Source of the DNA: a virus
Length of the DNA stretch: 64,000 bases
IMG/VR virus record: IMGVR_UViG_3300044977_000070
Span: 1-64,000 of that record
Direction: 5' to 3' (one strand)
The translations under genes were made by a program, and so were the position numbers. Below are positions 1 through 7,158 of the stretch, piece after piece. The notes under the pieces were generated by a model that was not told where the DNA came from, did not search any database, and saw only the letters and a program-made list of their open reading frames with translations. Within the stretch, counting starts at the first letter, position 1. The number at the start of each line of letters is the position of its first letter.

Positions 1-49
1 GTAGCGACAGCGTCGCCTATCACATTGCCGACCGTTCGGAGACAATCCA

Positions 50-421
50 ATGACCCAACCCAGCCCAGATGACCTGCCGCAAGGACCGTACGAGGTCTTT
101 AAGTGTGACGACGAGAGATGGGGATGGGATGTCGAAGACAAAGACGGACGCTTGATTGCACAGAATTGCACGGAGCAATTCGCCCGCGCCATTGCCGCGA
201 TACCGGAGCGGATGGAGCAGATCAATCAGCTTGCCGCCCAATTGATTGAGGCAGAAAAGTACAGCGGCTGGCATCAGCAGGCTGTGTTGGAGATAGAACG
301 CCTCCGCACGGAGAAGGCGAATCTTTGGGAGGCGCTGGAAGACTTGCTCAACCTTAAGCAAGGTTGCCATGAGAGGGCCGAAGACATTCTTGCCAAGGTG
401 AACGAGACGGAGGGGAAATGA
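50..421 (+). CDS. hypothetical phage protein
   Basis: 123-aa ATG ORF. Its stop overlaps the next start (ATGA at 418-421). No diagnostic motif. Ends in NETEGK. Confidence 0.45.
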   Translation: MTQPSPDDLPQGPYEVFKCDDERWGWDVEDKDGRLIAQNCTEQFARAIAAIPERMEQINQLAAQLIEAEKYSGWHQQAVLEIERLRTEKANLWEALEDLLNLKQGCHERAEDILAKVNETEGK

Positions 422-649
422 ACGCCCAAACTGGGAGTGAGGTGGCGGTTCTGCTAACCATATGGGCTTTGTGCCTACTCGCTATTTGCGTAGCGATAGC
501 ATTGGTCCCCATCAAAAGAGGCTACAAGCCAGAGAACGAGACGGAGGCGAAAACGGACATAATGTCAAAGGTAGATGCGCTTTATAAATTTGACGTAGAG
601 ACAGAGAAAGACGCTGTCAAAAACTTGGCGCGATCGAACGAGACGGAGG
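400..649 (+). repeat. three direct copies of the 14-mer GAACGAGACGGAGG
   Basis: Identical 14-mers at 400-413, 534-547 and 636-649. Each is read as N-E-T-E-(G/A) in the frame of the ORF it lies in. Confidence 0.7.
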
Positions 650-666
650 GAAAACCAAGGATTTGA
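418..666 (+). CDS. small membrane protein
   Basis: 82 aa with one hydrophobic helix (VAVLLTIWALCLLAICVAIALV) and a charged tail containing two NETE(G/A)K motifs. Confidence 0.45.
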   Translation: MNAQTGSEVAVLLTIWALCLLAICVAIALVPIKRGYKPENETEAKTDIMSKVDALYKFDVETEKDAVKNLARSNETEGKPRI

Positions 667-730
667 CAAGTGATTGAATCTAAAATATGGTTCCGAACCA
701 TGTCCGTACACGAACATGGGCGGAAAAATC

Positions 731-1213
731 ATGCCGCATTGGATTGTCGCCAAGACCAAGGGCAATAGAGAGCGATACGCGGCCGAGAACGTCCACCGTC
801 AAGGTTATGAGTTTTATCTTCCAATGCTGGTTTCGTATAGGGGACGAGGCAGATTAAAGCATGCCATCGTCACTCCCGTATTCCCGTCTTACCTGTTCGT
901 GCAGATCGAGGACACATGGAGGTTCCTATTAGGAACGTTCGGCGTAACCTCGATAATCCTTAATGGCAAAGCCCCTGCTATCCTCCCTTTATCTGTAGTA
1001 ACTGCTTTGAAGAAACGGGAGGACAATGGGTTTTATAGTCCGGCAGAAATGAAGCAGGGAAGTCAAATCAGGATAAGTTCAGGAAGCTTTATCGATACTT
1101 TGGGCATATATCAGGGCCAGAGCGCAAAGGAACGAGCCCTCATCCTTATGGAGTTTTTGGGTGGGAAGAGGACGGTGGAGATCGATAATGAATGTATTGA
1201 GTTGGTAGCATGA
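731..1213 (+). CDS. NusG/RfaH-like transcription antiterminator (NGN + KOW-like)
   Basis: The ORF is open from 674; the likely start is the ATG at 731. The N-terminus (HWIVAKTKGNRERYAAENVHRQGYEFYLPM ... VTPVFPSYLFVQ) parallels the RfaH/NusG NGN pattern (W-Y-x..G-x-E ... P-L-F-P-x-Y-L-F-V). The C-terminal GSQIRISSGSFIDTLGIYQG looks like a KOW motif. Confidence 0.7.
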   Translation: MPHWIVAKTKGNRERYAAENVHRQGYEFYLPMLVSYRGRGRLKHAIVTPVFPSYLFVQIEDTWRFLLGTFGVTSIILNGKAPAILPLSVVTALKKREDNGFYSPAEMKQGSQIRISSGSFIDTLGIYQGQSAKERALILMEFLGGKRTVEIDNECIELVA

Positions 1214-1410
1214 TGGAAGATTTGAATTTTGCAGTTCCCCCGGGAAAGTGGGAGGTCAATGCCGAGGGCGATATCTGCATTATGACGCATGACGGCAAGA
1301 AGGTATGTCTTCATGTGCTCAAACCGACGCCGGAGTATGATACATCCAAGGAACTCGTAATTACCATCAAGGCCCATATAAGAGAGACTATTGAGTTAAT
1401 CGCACATTAG
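1210..1410 (+). CDS. hypothetical protein
   Basis: 66-aa ORF with an ATGA overlap to the upstream gene. Confidence 0.4.
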   Translation: MMEDLNFAVPPGKWEVNAEGDICIMTHDGKKVCLHVLKPTPEYDTSKELVITIKAHIRETIELIAH

Positions 1411-1459
1411 GTTTTGTGAATATTCGACTACAGAGTTATGGAATGAAAAGCACCCATCG

Positions 1460-1789
1460 ATGGGTGCGGTAGCTTTTGGAGGAAGGATGATTGCCAAAGC
1501 CCCATGGTGGGTTGATATGGATTCCATTGATAAGCAATGGCGGGATTCCGTTTCTATTAAGGACGCAGAAGGCGGGCATGTAGCGCATTTGACGAGAGGT
1601 TATGAAGGGGACGAGGGTGAAGGCGGCCCCTCCTTGGCGAATGCTAGGCTTATTGCCGCCGCCCCCGATATGTTGGCAATGTTGCAGCAAATATATGAGT
1701 TTGCTGTTACGGACTCTGCCAGTGTATTCTCAATGATACTGATTCAAAAGATGTGTCATGCCGCCATTGAGAAGGCAACTGGAAGTTAG
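1460..1789 (+). CDS. hypothetical phage protein
   Basis: 109-aa ORF; the start may be the internal ATG near 1487. It contains ANARLIAAAPDMLAML, a motif common in small phage proteins of unknown function. Confidence 0.45.
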   Translation: MGAVAFGGRMIAKAPWWVDMDSIDKQWRDSVSIKDAEGGHVAHLTRGYEGDEGEGGPSLANARLIAAAPDMLAMLQQIYEFAVTDSASVFSMILIQKMCHAAIEKATGS

Positions 1790-1802
1790 CAAGTAAATCA
1801 AC

Positions 1803-2216
1803 ATGATAGACAAAACTAACCCGGCTAAAAATAAGCAACCTGGAACCTTCAAAGAAGGAAACAGGGTTGGTATCGGCAATAGGGGGTACACGAAGTCCCG
1901 CCGTAGCCAGAAGCGAATTATTAGCGCTGCCCTCGAAATGGAGTTGCAGAAGCGGATTAGATTGGGTGATCACAAATCGGCTCTTACGTTGGGACAGCAT
2001 ATTGCTAAACGACTTGGAAGGATTGCTGCATTTGGGGAAGATAAGCATGCAGTCAGGGCCATTGCGGAAATCATGGATCGTATTGAGGGTAAAGCAACGC
2101 AGCGTATTGAGCATGCGGGTGATCCGGATCAGCCCGTGCAGATGATTACTAGGGAGATGTCCCCAAGTGAGGCATCCCGCATTTTCACGGGTATGTTGAG
2201 ACGTGAGAAGAAATAG
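1803..2216 (+). CDS. putative terminase small subunit
   Basis: 137 aa lying upstream of the large terminase. The basic N-terminus (PGTFKEGNRVGIGNRG) and the DRIEGKATQRIEH motif resemble DUF5681-type small terminases. Assigned from memory only. Confidence 0.45.
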   Translation: MIDKTNPAKNKQPGTFKEGNRVGIGNRGYTKSRRSQKRIISAALEMELQKRIRLGDHKSALTLGQHIAKRLGRIAAFGEDKHAVRAIAEIMDRIEGKATQRIEHAGDPDQPVQMITREMSPSEASRIFTGMLRREKK

Positions 2217-2258
2217 GGCATTCGATTGCTGAGATGAAATAGGCGGTCGAAGAAAGGG

Positions 2259-2321
2259 CGGTGTCGGCAGATTGTTTCTCCTGGTCGTTTCCTCCCCTTG
2301 GACGACAAAAGGCCGACACCG
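2259..2321 (+). terminator. long hairpin followed by a T-run (member of the TG(C/T)CGGCA-arm family)
   Basis: CGGTGTCGGC (2259-2268) pairs perfectly with GCCGACACCG (2312-2321) across a 43-nt loop, and is followed by TTTT. Confidence 0.4.
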
Positions 2322-2331
2322 TTTTCACTCA

Positions 2332-2553
2332 ATGAATGATCCCAGGTACAGACGTTGCACGATCCCCGGTTGCGATTATTGCGAACCCTGGTATGCGCCT
2401 GTTCATGGTCACTTCATAGACGGGCTTTTTGTTTGTCTCACGCATTCGATGCGTATTGATAGTTCGAATAGGCCTAGCAAGATTGTCAGACGAGACGAGG
2501 TCCCTAGTGGAAATAACGTTATTCAGTTCAGGCGGCGTCGAGCCCGCATTTAA
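2332..2553 (+). CDS. small Cys/His-rich protein
   Basis: The ORF is open from 2272; an ATG at 2332 follows the hairpin. Contains CTIPGCDYCEPW...H..CLTH. Confidence 0.3.
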   Translation: MNDPRYRRCTIPGCDYCEPWYAPVHGHFIDGLFVCLTHSMRIDSSNRPSKIVRRDEVPSGNNVIQFRRRRARI

Positions 2554-2661
2554 GGTGACGACGATCAAGGCGCCTCATTTTCAGGTTATGCCGCAATGCA
2601 TAATTTGGAATAGCCGGTATTTCTTCAAATCGAGCCCGAGCGAATATATTGAGGGCGTCGT

Positions 2662-3081
2662 TTGGACAGCATGGCCGCGCTAATGTCATTCATCTCCAAG
2701 CGCAGGGCCTACACCCCCGAACAACTCGCCCTCGCCCATCAGATGATGGAGCAGAAACACCCTTGGCGCCAAATAGCGAAGACGCTGGGGGATCAGAACG
2801 ACAACTCGATCCGCAGGCAAATCGAGCCTGGGTATCGCGAGAACCGCAATCACCAACAACGCCTCAATAGCGCACGCAGACGGGGCGAGATCGTCAAGAA
2901 GGCGTCCCAGTACAAGAATCCACGTGGTTTTACGCACAAGCCGGGACAAAGGATGGAACCCCCCGCTTTCCTGTGGGAAGAACGCGCACGGGCGCTCTCA
3001 GGGGACGTCACCCCTAATCATGTATTGCTGGGCGACCCCCTTCCCGGACGATCCGCATTGGACAAGAGGAATTCTGTATGA
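2662..3081 (+). CDS. putative helix-turn-helix DNA-binding protein
   Basis: 139 aa. YTPEQLALAHQMMEQKHPWRQIAKTLG looks like an HTH. The C-terminus carries LGDPLPGRSALD. Confidence 0.4.
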   Translation: MDSMAALMSFISKRRAYTPEQLALAHQMMEQKHPWRQIAKTLGDQNDNSIRRQIEPGYRENRNHQQRLNSARRRGEIVKKASQYKNPRGFTHKPGQRMEPPAFLWEERARALSGDVTPNHVLLGDPLPGRSALDKRNSV

Positions 3082-3413
3082 GTTTTCGTATTGGACAAAA
3101 GGTTATTTGTGTTTCTTGTGAGTGGGATAATATTTGGTTGAGGATTCGCGCTTTCTTTTTGCGTCCTCCCCCCGGCGAGTTAGTTGTGGGCGAGATTTAT
3201 ACGGTGGCGAATATCATATGGGACGAGGAGCATCCGGATGCTCCCTGGACTATAGAGGTTATTGAGTCCCCATACCCAGGAAATAGATGGTGGGAGGCCG
3301 GCTGGGATCCGAAGTGCTTCCGCCCATTAGTTGAACGCAAGACCGATATCTCAGTTTTCCAGAAAATTCTTAAAGGTGCATCGAAGGTGAATGTTCACGA
3401 ATGCTTGACGTAA
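3078..3413 (+). CDS. hypothetical phage protein
   Basis: 111-aa ORF with an ATGA overlap to the upstream gene. Confidence 0.45.
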   Translation: MSFRIGQKVICVSCEWDNIWLRIRAFFLRPPPGELVVGEIYTVANIIWDEEHPDAPWTIEVIESPYPGNRWWEAGWDPKCFRPLVERKTDISVFQKILKGASKVNVHECLT

Positions 3414-5131
3414 CTAAAGAACCGTGGCCGCCGGTAGAATCCTATCAGGAGGTATTCGCAGATCGGCAATGGCGGTTAATGAAAATGCGACAAACGTCGA
3501 ATGGCGTCGCAGCCGCAAAGATCTTTTATAGGACAAGGCCTCTTCAGTTCATAAAGCATTGGGGTGTCTGCGTCGAACCCCGGGATGCGTCAGGCGGCAT
3601 TAATGCGCTTACCCTTCTCCCGTTCATTCCGTTCAGAAAACAAGTTGAGTTGATAAAATTCCTCCATGCGCTCGTCCAGGAAAGGGAGAGCGGTTTGGTG
3701 GAAAAGTCGCGTGATATGGGAGCTACATGGACCTGCGTTCTTTTTGCGGTTTGGCTTTGGTGTTTTTGGCCAGGCGCTGTCATCGGCTTTGGATCGCGTG
3801 GTTCGGACGAGGTTGATCAGATTGGTAATCCGAACTCGATCATTGAAAAGGTGCGTATTGCGATTCGTGCAATACCTGAAGAGTTGTTACCGATAGGATT
3901 CGACCTGAAATACCACATGCCGTTCATGCGCATTATCAACCCGGAAACGAACGCCATGATAAATGGCGACGTGGGCGACAACATTGGACGAGGCGGCCGC
4001 TCATTAGTTTATTTCAAGGACGAGAGTGCCCACTACGTTCACCCCGAGCTCGTTGAGGCGGCATTGTCGGAGAACGCGGCGATACAGGTCGATTTATCTT
4101 CGGTGCATGGCATTGGGACGGTCTTCCATAGACGCAGAGAGGCGGGCGTCGAATGGGAGCCTAATGCTGAATTGCCCAAAGGACGTACACGTGTATTCGT
4201 CCTTGATTGGCGCGATCACCCCGGCAAGACGCAGGAATGGTACGATACCAGACGACAGAAGTTCGAGGATGAGGGGCTATTACACATATTCGCGCAAGAG
4301 GTCGATCGTGATTACTCCGCTTCCATGGAAGGTGTTATCATCCCGGCCCAATGGGTTAAAGCCGCCATTGATGCCCATATCAGAATCGGTCTCAAGGATG
4401 ACGGTTTGTGGGGAGCAGGCCTCGATGTGGCTGACGAGGGCGGGGATACTAATGCGATTACTATACGAAAAGGAATTATCTGCAAGGAAGTCGGGGAATG
4501 GGGTGCGAGAGACCCAGGAGTGACGACAAGGAAAGTCATTGCGGCTGTTCAAGATATACTCCCGTTGGAGTTGCAATACGATTGCGTTGGTATTGGCGTT
4601 GCCGTCAAATCAGAGGTTAATCGTCTTTTGGACGAAAAGCTTATTCCAAAGAAACTCCGCCTCGTGCCATGGAACGCCGCCGCCTCGCCGCTGTGGAAGG
4701 ATAAGCGGGTTGTTGAGCATGATAACAGTTCCCCTCTCAATGAAGATTTCTATGAGAATCTCAAGGCACAGGCCTGGTGGCAGGTAAAACTGAAGTTTCA
4801 GAATACATGGCGCGTGTTCAATGATCCTGAATACAAGTCGGGTTGGAAGGCGGAGGATTTGATTTCCCTAGACTCCAAATCCATTGGTCCTGTAATGCAT
4901 AAGTTGGTTAAGGAATTGTCGCAGCCGGTATTCACGCAATCGAAGAAACTTAAATTATTGGTAGACAAGAAACCACAGGGCGCCAAATCCCCTAACCTCG
5001 CGGACTCGTTCGTCATGGCGTTTTGGCCGGCTCAGGAAAAGCGGCCGCTCGTCGTATCGTCAAATACGGTGCAACGGGCCATGCTCCCCAATAAGTATTC
5101 TCTCAACCGCGCTATGATGGGTAGGAGATAG
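3401..5131 (+). CDS. terL: terminase large subunit
   Basis: 576 aa. ATPase-like KSRDMGATW segment, GGRSLVYFKDESAH, and a nuclease-half pattern (LDVADEGGDTNAI). Size and position are typical for TerL. Confidence 0.88.
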   Translation: MLDVTKEPWPPVESYQEVFADRQWRLMKMRQTSNGVAAAKIFYRTRPLQFIKHWGVCVEPRDASGGINALTLLPFIPFRKQVELIKFLHALVQERESGLVEKSRDMGATWTCVLFAVWLWCFWPGAVIGFGSRGSDEVDQIGNPNSIIEKVRIAIRAIPEELLPIGFDLKYHMPFMRIINPETNAMINGDVGDNIGRGGRSLVYFKDESAHYVHPELVEAALSENAAIQVDLSSVHGIGTVFHRRREAGVEWEPNAELPKGRTRVFVLDWRDHPGKTQEWYDTRRQKFEDEGLLHIFAQEVDRDYSASMEGVIIPAQWVKAAIDAHIRIGLKDDGLWGAGLDVADEGGDTNAITIRKGIICKEVGEWGARDPGVTTRKVIAAVQDILPLELQYDCVGIGVAVKSEVNRLLDEKLIPKKLRLVPWNAAASPLWKDKRVVEHDNSSPLNEDFYENLKAQAWWQVKLKFQNTWRVFNDPEYKSGWKAEDLISLDSKSIGPVMHKLVKELSQPVFTQSKKLKLLVDKKPQGAKSPNLADSFVMAFWPAQEKRPLVVSSNTVQRAMLPNKYSLNRAMMGRR

Positions 5132-5134
5132 ACA

Positions 5135-5404
5135 ATGGCAAACATAGTCAACCCCGTCGTGAAGCCTACCAAGGAAGGGGCTGTCGATCGTGCAACGGCC
5201 GAGGCAGCAAATCCTTCCGGGGGTGGTCCTGTCACCGAGAGCACGGTGGGGTGCTATATCCAAGGCGTGGATAAGCGCACAAATACGACGTTTACCCGCG
5301 CGTTCGCCAATCTCGCTGCTATGCAGCAATGGCTGGCGACCGACCCTAGCGCCGCCAATTATGATTTCGCATCGGGCGTCGTTGGCCCCACCAAGGGCTT
5401 TTAA
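5135..5404 (+). CDS. hypothetical protein
   Basis: 89-aa ORF directly after terL. Confidence 0.45.
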   Translation: MANIVNPVVKPTKEGAVDRATAEAANPSGGGPVTESTVGCYIQGVDKRTNTTFTRAFANLAAMQQWLATDPSAANYDFASGVVGPTKGF

Positions 5405-5437
5405 CGGGTAAAATAACAGCGGTGTAGCGTGGTAAAC

Positions 5438-5464
5438 GCCCCTCCCCCTATCCTGGGGAGGGGC
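5438..5464 (+). terminator. GC-rich hairpin
   Basis: GCCCCTCCCC (5438-5447), a 7-nt loop, then GGGGAGGGGC (5455-5464). There is no clear T-run. Confidence 0.35.
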
Positions 5465-5494
5465 CATCCCCGTACCGCAACGTAGGAGGCTTCA

Positions 5495-6493
5495 ATGGAT
5501 GTGGCATTTGTTGGGCGTCGAGGGGGGCGGGGTAGCGATCGGGCAGGGTCCCGGGACCTCGCTATGGATAGCAATGAGGAAATGGCTTTCGGTGAAAAGG
5601 AAACCGAAGATGCGTTTAGTCGCAAGGCGCGAAGCGCGCTGCGCAAAAAAAGAGAGATAGCGCGTGGCGAACGATCTAGCGGCGCATCCAATAAAGCCAA
5701 TATGACCCCGGAGGAAGAGGACGCTGAGTTGGATCGTTTGTATGGCCCAATCGAAGAGGAAGAAGGCAAAGACAGTCTTGGCGGGCAGTTGCAGGAGTTG
5801 GAAGACCAACTCAAGGCCGGACAGATTACGCAGAAGCAATATGACCGCTATATTATGAAGTTGGAAAATCCTGACGCCGTGATTAATTATGAGCCGTCTG
5901 GATATGAGAAGTCGGGCACCGAGGCGCGCGAGACGGCCGCCGGGCATGATGAGGACTACGACGAGCACGAAACTGAGGAAGAGATTGACAAAGAGTTCGC
6001 AGACGACGAGATAGACGACGACAAAGAAGACGAGGCGATGGACGCCGAGGACGACTACGATATGGTCTCGCGGGGTCTTGACGAGCCCAACTTTACCGGG
6101 CGTCGAGGCGCGCGTGGCACCATAAAAGCCCCTGCCCGCGATATGGACGATTACTCGGTGGAGACGAAGAAGAACGAACTTAAGCAAATGTTGCGCGACG
6201 GCATTATCAGTCCGCAGGAACATGATAAGCAGTTGCGCGAGATTCTCCCTTCTATCAACTTCAAATCCGCTGGCGCTGTACGGGCGAAGGATGTTGAGGG
6301 CAGACGCGGCGGACGAATCTCCGACAGGGCGGGCTCGCGCGATATGGCAAGCGACCCCCCTGTCTCCGAGGCGCAGCGTCGTGCCATGTTCGCTGCAAAG
6401 TCAGGTAAATCCAATATTGGCATTCCGCAATCTGTCGGCAAAGAGTTTGCCGAGGCGGATCCAGGTGGACACCTCCCCGAGAAGAAAGAATAA
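5495..6493 (+). CDS. acidic head-associated protein with internal GRRGGRxSDRAGSRD repeats
   Basis: 332 aa, preceded by an AGGAGG ribosome-binding site. Very rich in D/E. The 15-aa motif occurs at aa 7-21 and aa 269-283. The C-terminal SEAQRRAMFAAKSGKSNIGIP resembles DUF3008-type motifs. Confidence 0.6.
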   Translation: MDVAFVGRRGGRGSDRAGSRDLAMDSNEEMAFGEKETEDAFSRKARSALRKKREIARGERSSGASNKANMTPEEEDAELDRLYGPIEEEEGKDSLGGQLQELEDQLKAGQITQKQYDRYIMKLENPDAVINYEPSGYEKSGTEARETAAGHDEDYDEHETEEEIDKEFADDEIDDDKEDEAMDAEDDYDMVSRGLDEPNFTGRRGARGTIKAPARDMDDYSVETKKNELKQMLRDGIISPQEHDKQLREILPSINFKSAGAVRAKDVEGRRGGRISDRAGSRDMASDPPVSEAQRRAMFAAKSGKSNIGIPQSVGKEFAEADPGGHLPEKKE

Positions 6494-6496
6494 CAA

Positions 6497-7150
6497 GTGT
6501 TCACCCTTCTATGCGGGATGCAATCGGAGGCCGAGGTCTTCCAGGGCCATGACGGCTTGCAAGTTCTTTATGGAACATCCCGCAATAACCTCGCGTCCCT
6601 CATTCCCAAGGATTGCATGGGGCTGATTAGCGCTGGCACGGTCGGTGGGTTGTTGCCGTCATTAGGGCGTGGAGATCTCGTTCTTGGCAATGTGGTGGTT
6701 GTTGCGGATGGAACAAAGTTCCTAACGGATGGCATTTGGTTGTCTACCGTGGCTGCCAAAGTCGCTCATATGGATCACCACTTTAGTCGCATTTATTCGG
6801 ATACGAATACCATAACCCAGACGCCGGTCCAGAGAACAGCGCTCGCCCAATTGCATGATGTGGCGGTAGATGACGAGGAGAGTTGGGCGGTTGCCCGAAC
6901 GGCAAGGGCCTTGGGATTGCCTTTCATTGTCGTGCGGGCCGTGTCCGATCAATGGGATCAGACGTTGCTTCCGGATGATTCCAAGGCCGTGAATCCGGAC
7001 GGCACAGTCAATGTCGGTCCCCTGATTCCGGACTTCTTTGAGAACCCGGTGGAGGCCTTGTTGGAGGCAGAGGGATTGCAGCAGGCGTTGAATACCCTGC
7101 GTACGGCATTCTCTTTGTTGGGTCCGACATTCAGCTTCCCAGGAAAATAG
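6497..7150 (+). CDS. PNP_UDP_1 family nucleosidase/phosphorylase (MTA/SAH nucleosidase- or HpnG-like)
   Basis: 217 aa with a GTG start. ISAGTVGGLLPSLGRGDLVLG and AVDDEESWAVARTARALGLPFIVVRAVSD match the SAGxxGGL and (E/D)xE...PFxxxRxxSD blocks of MtnN/HpnG-type enzymes. Confidence 0.7.
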   Translation: MFTLLCGMQSEAEVFQGHDGLQVLYGTSRNNLASLIPKDCMGLISAGTVGGLLPSLGRGDLVLGNVVVVADGTKFLTDGIWLSTVAAKVAHMDHHFSRIYSDTNTITQTPVQRTALAQLHDVAVDDEESWAVARTARALGLPFIVVRAVSDQWDQTLLPDDSKAVNPDGTVNVGPLIPDFFENPVEALLEAEGLQQALNTLRTAFSLLGPTFSFPGK

Positions 7151-7158
7151 GCACGTTC

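Noticed and set aside
6497-7150. Reading the PNP_UDP_1 gene as HpnG and the B12 radical SAM enzyme as HpnP/R/J, which would imply a phage-borne hopanoid side-chain pathway.
   Set aside because: No squalene-hopene cyclase, HpnH-type (non-B12) radical SAM enzyme or other hpn genes are present. The radical SAM gene sits among sugar enzymes 21 kb away. The motifs only place the nucleosidase in the general MtnN/HpnG superfamily. This can be settled only by phylogeny or assay.
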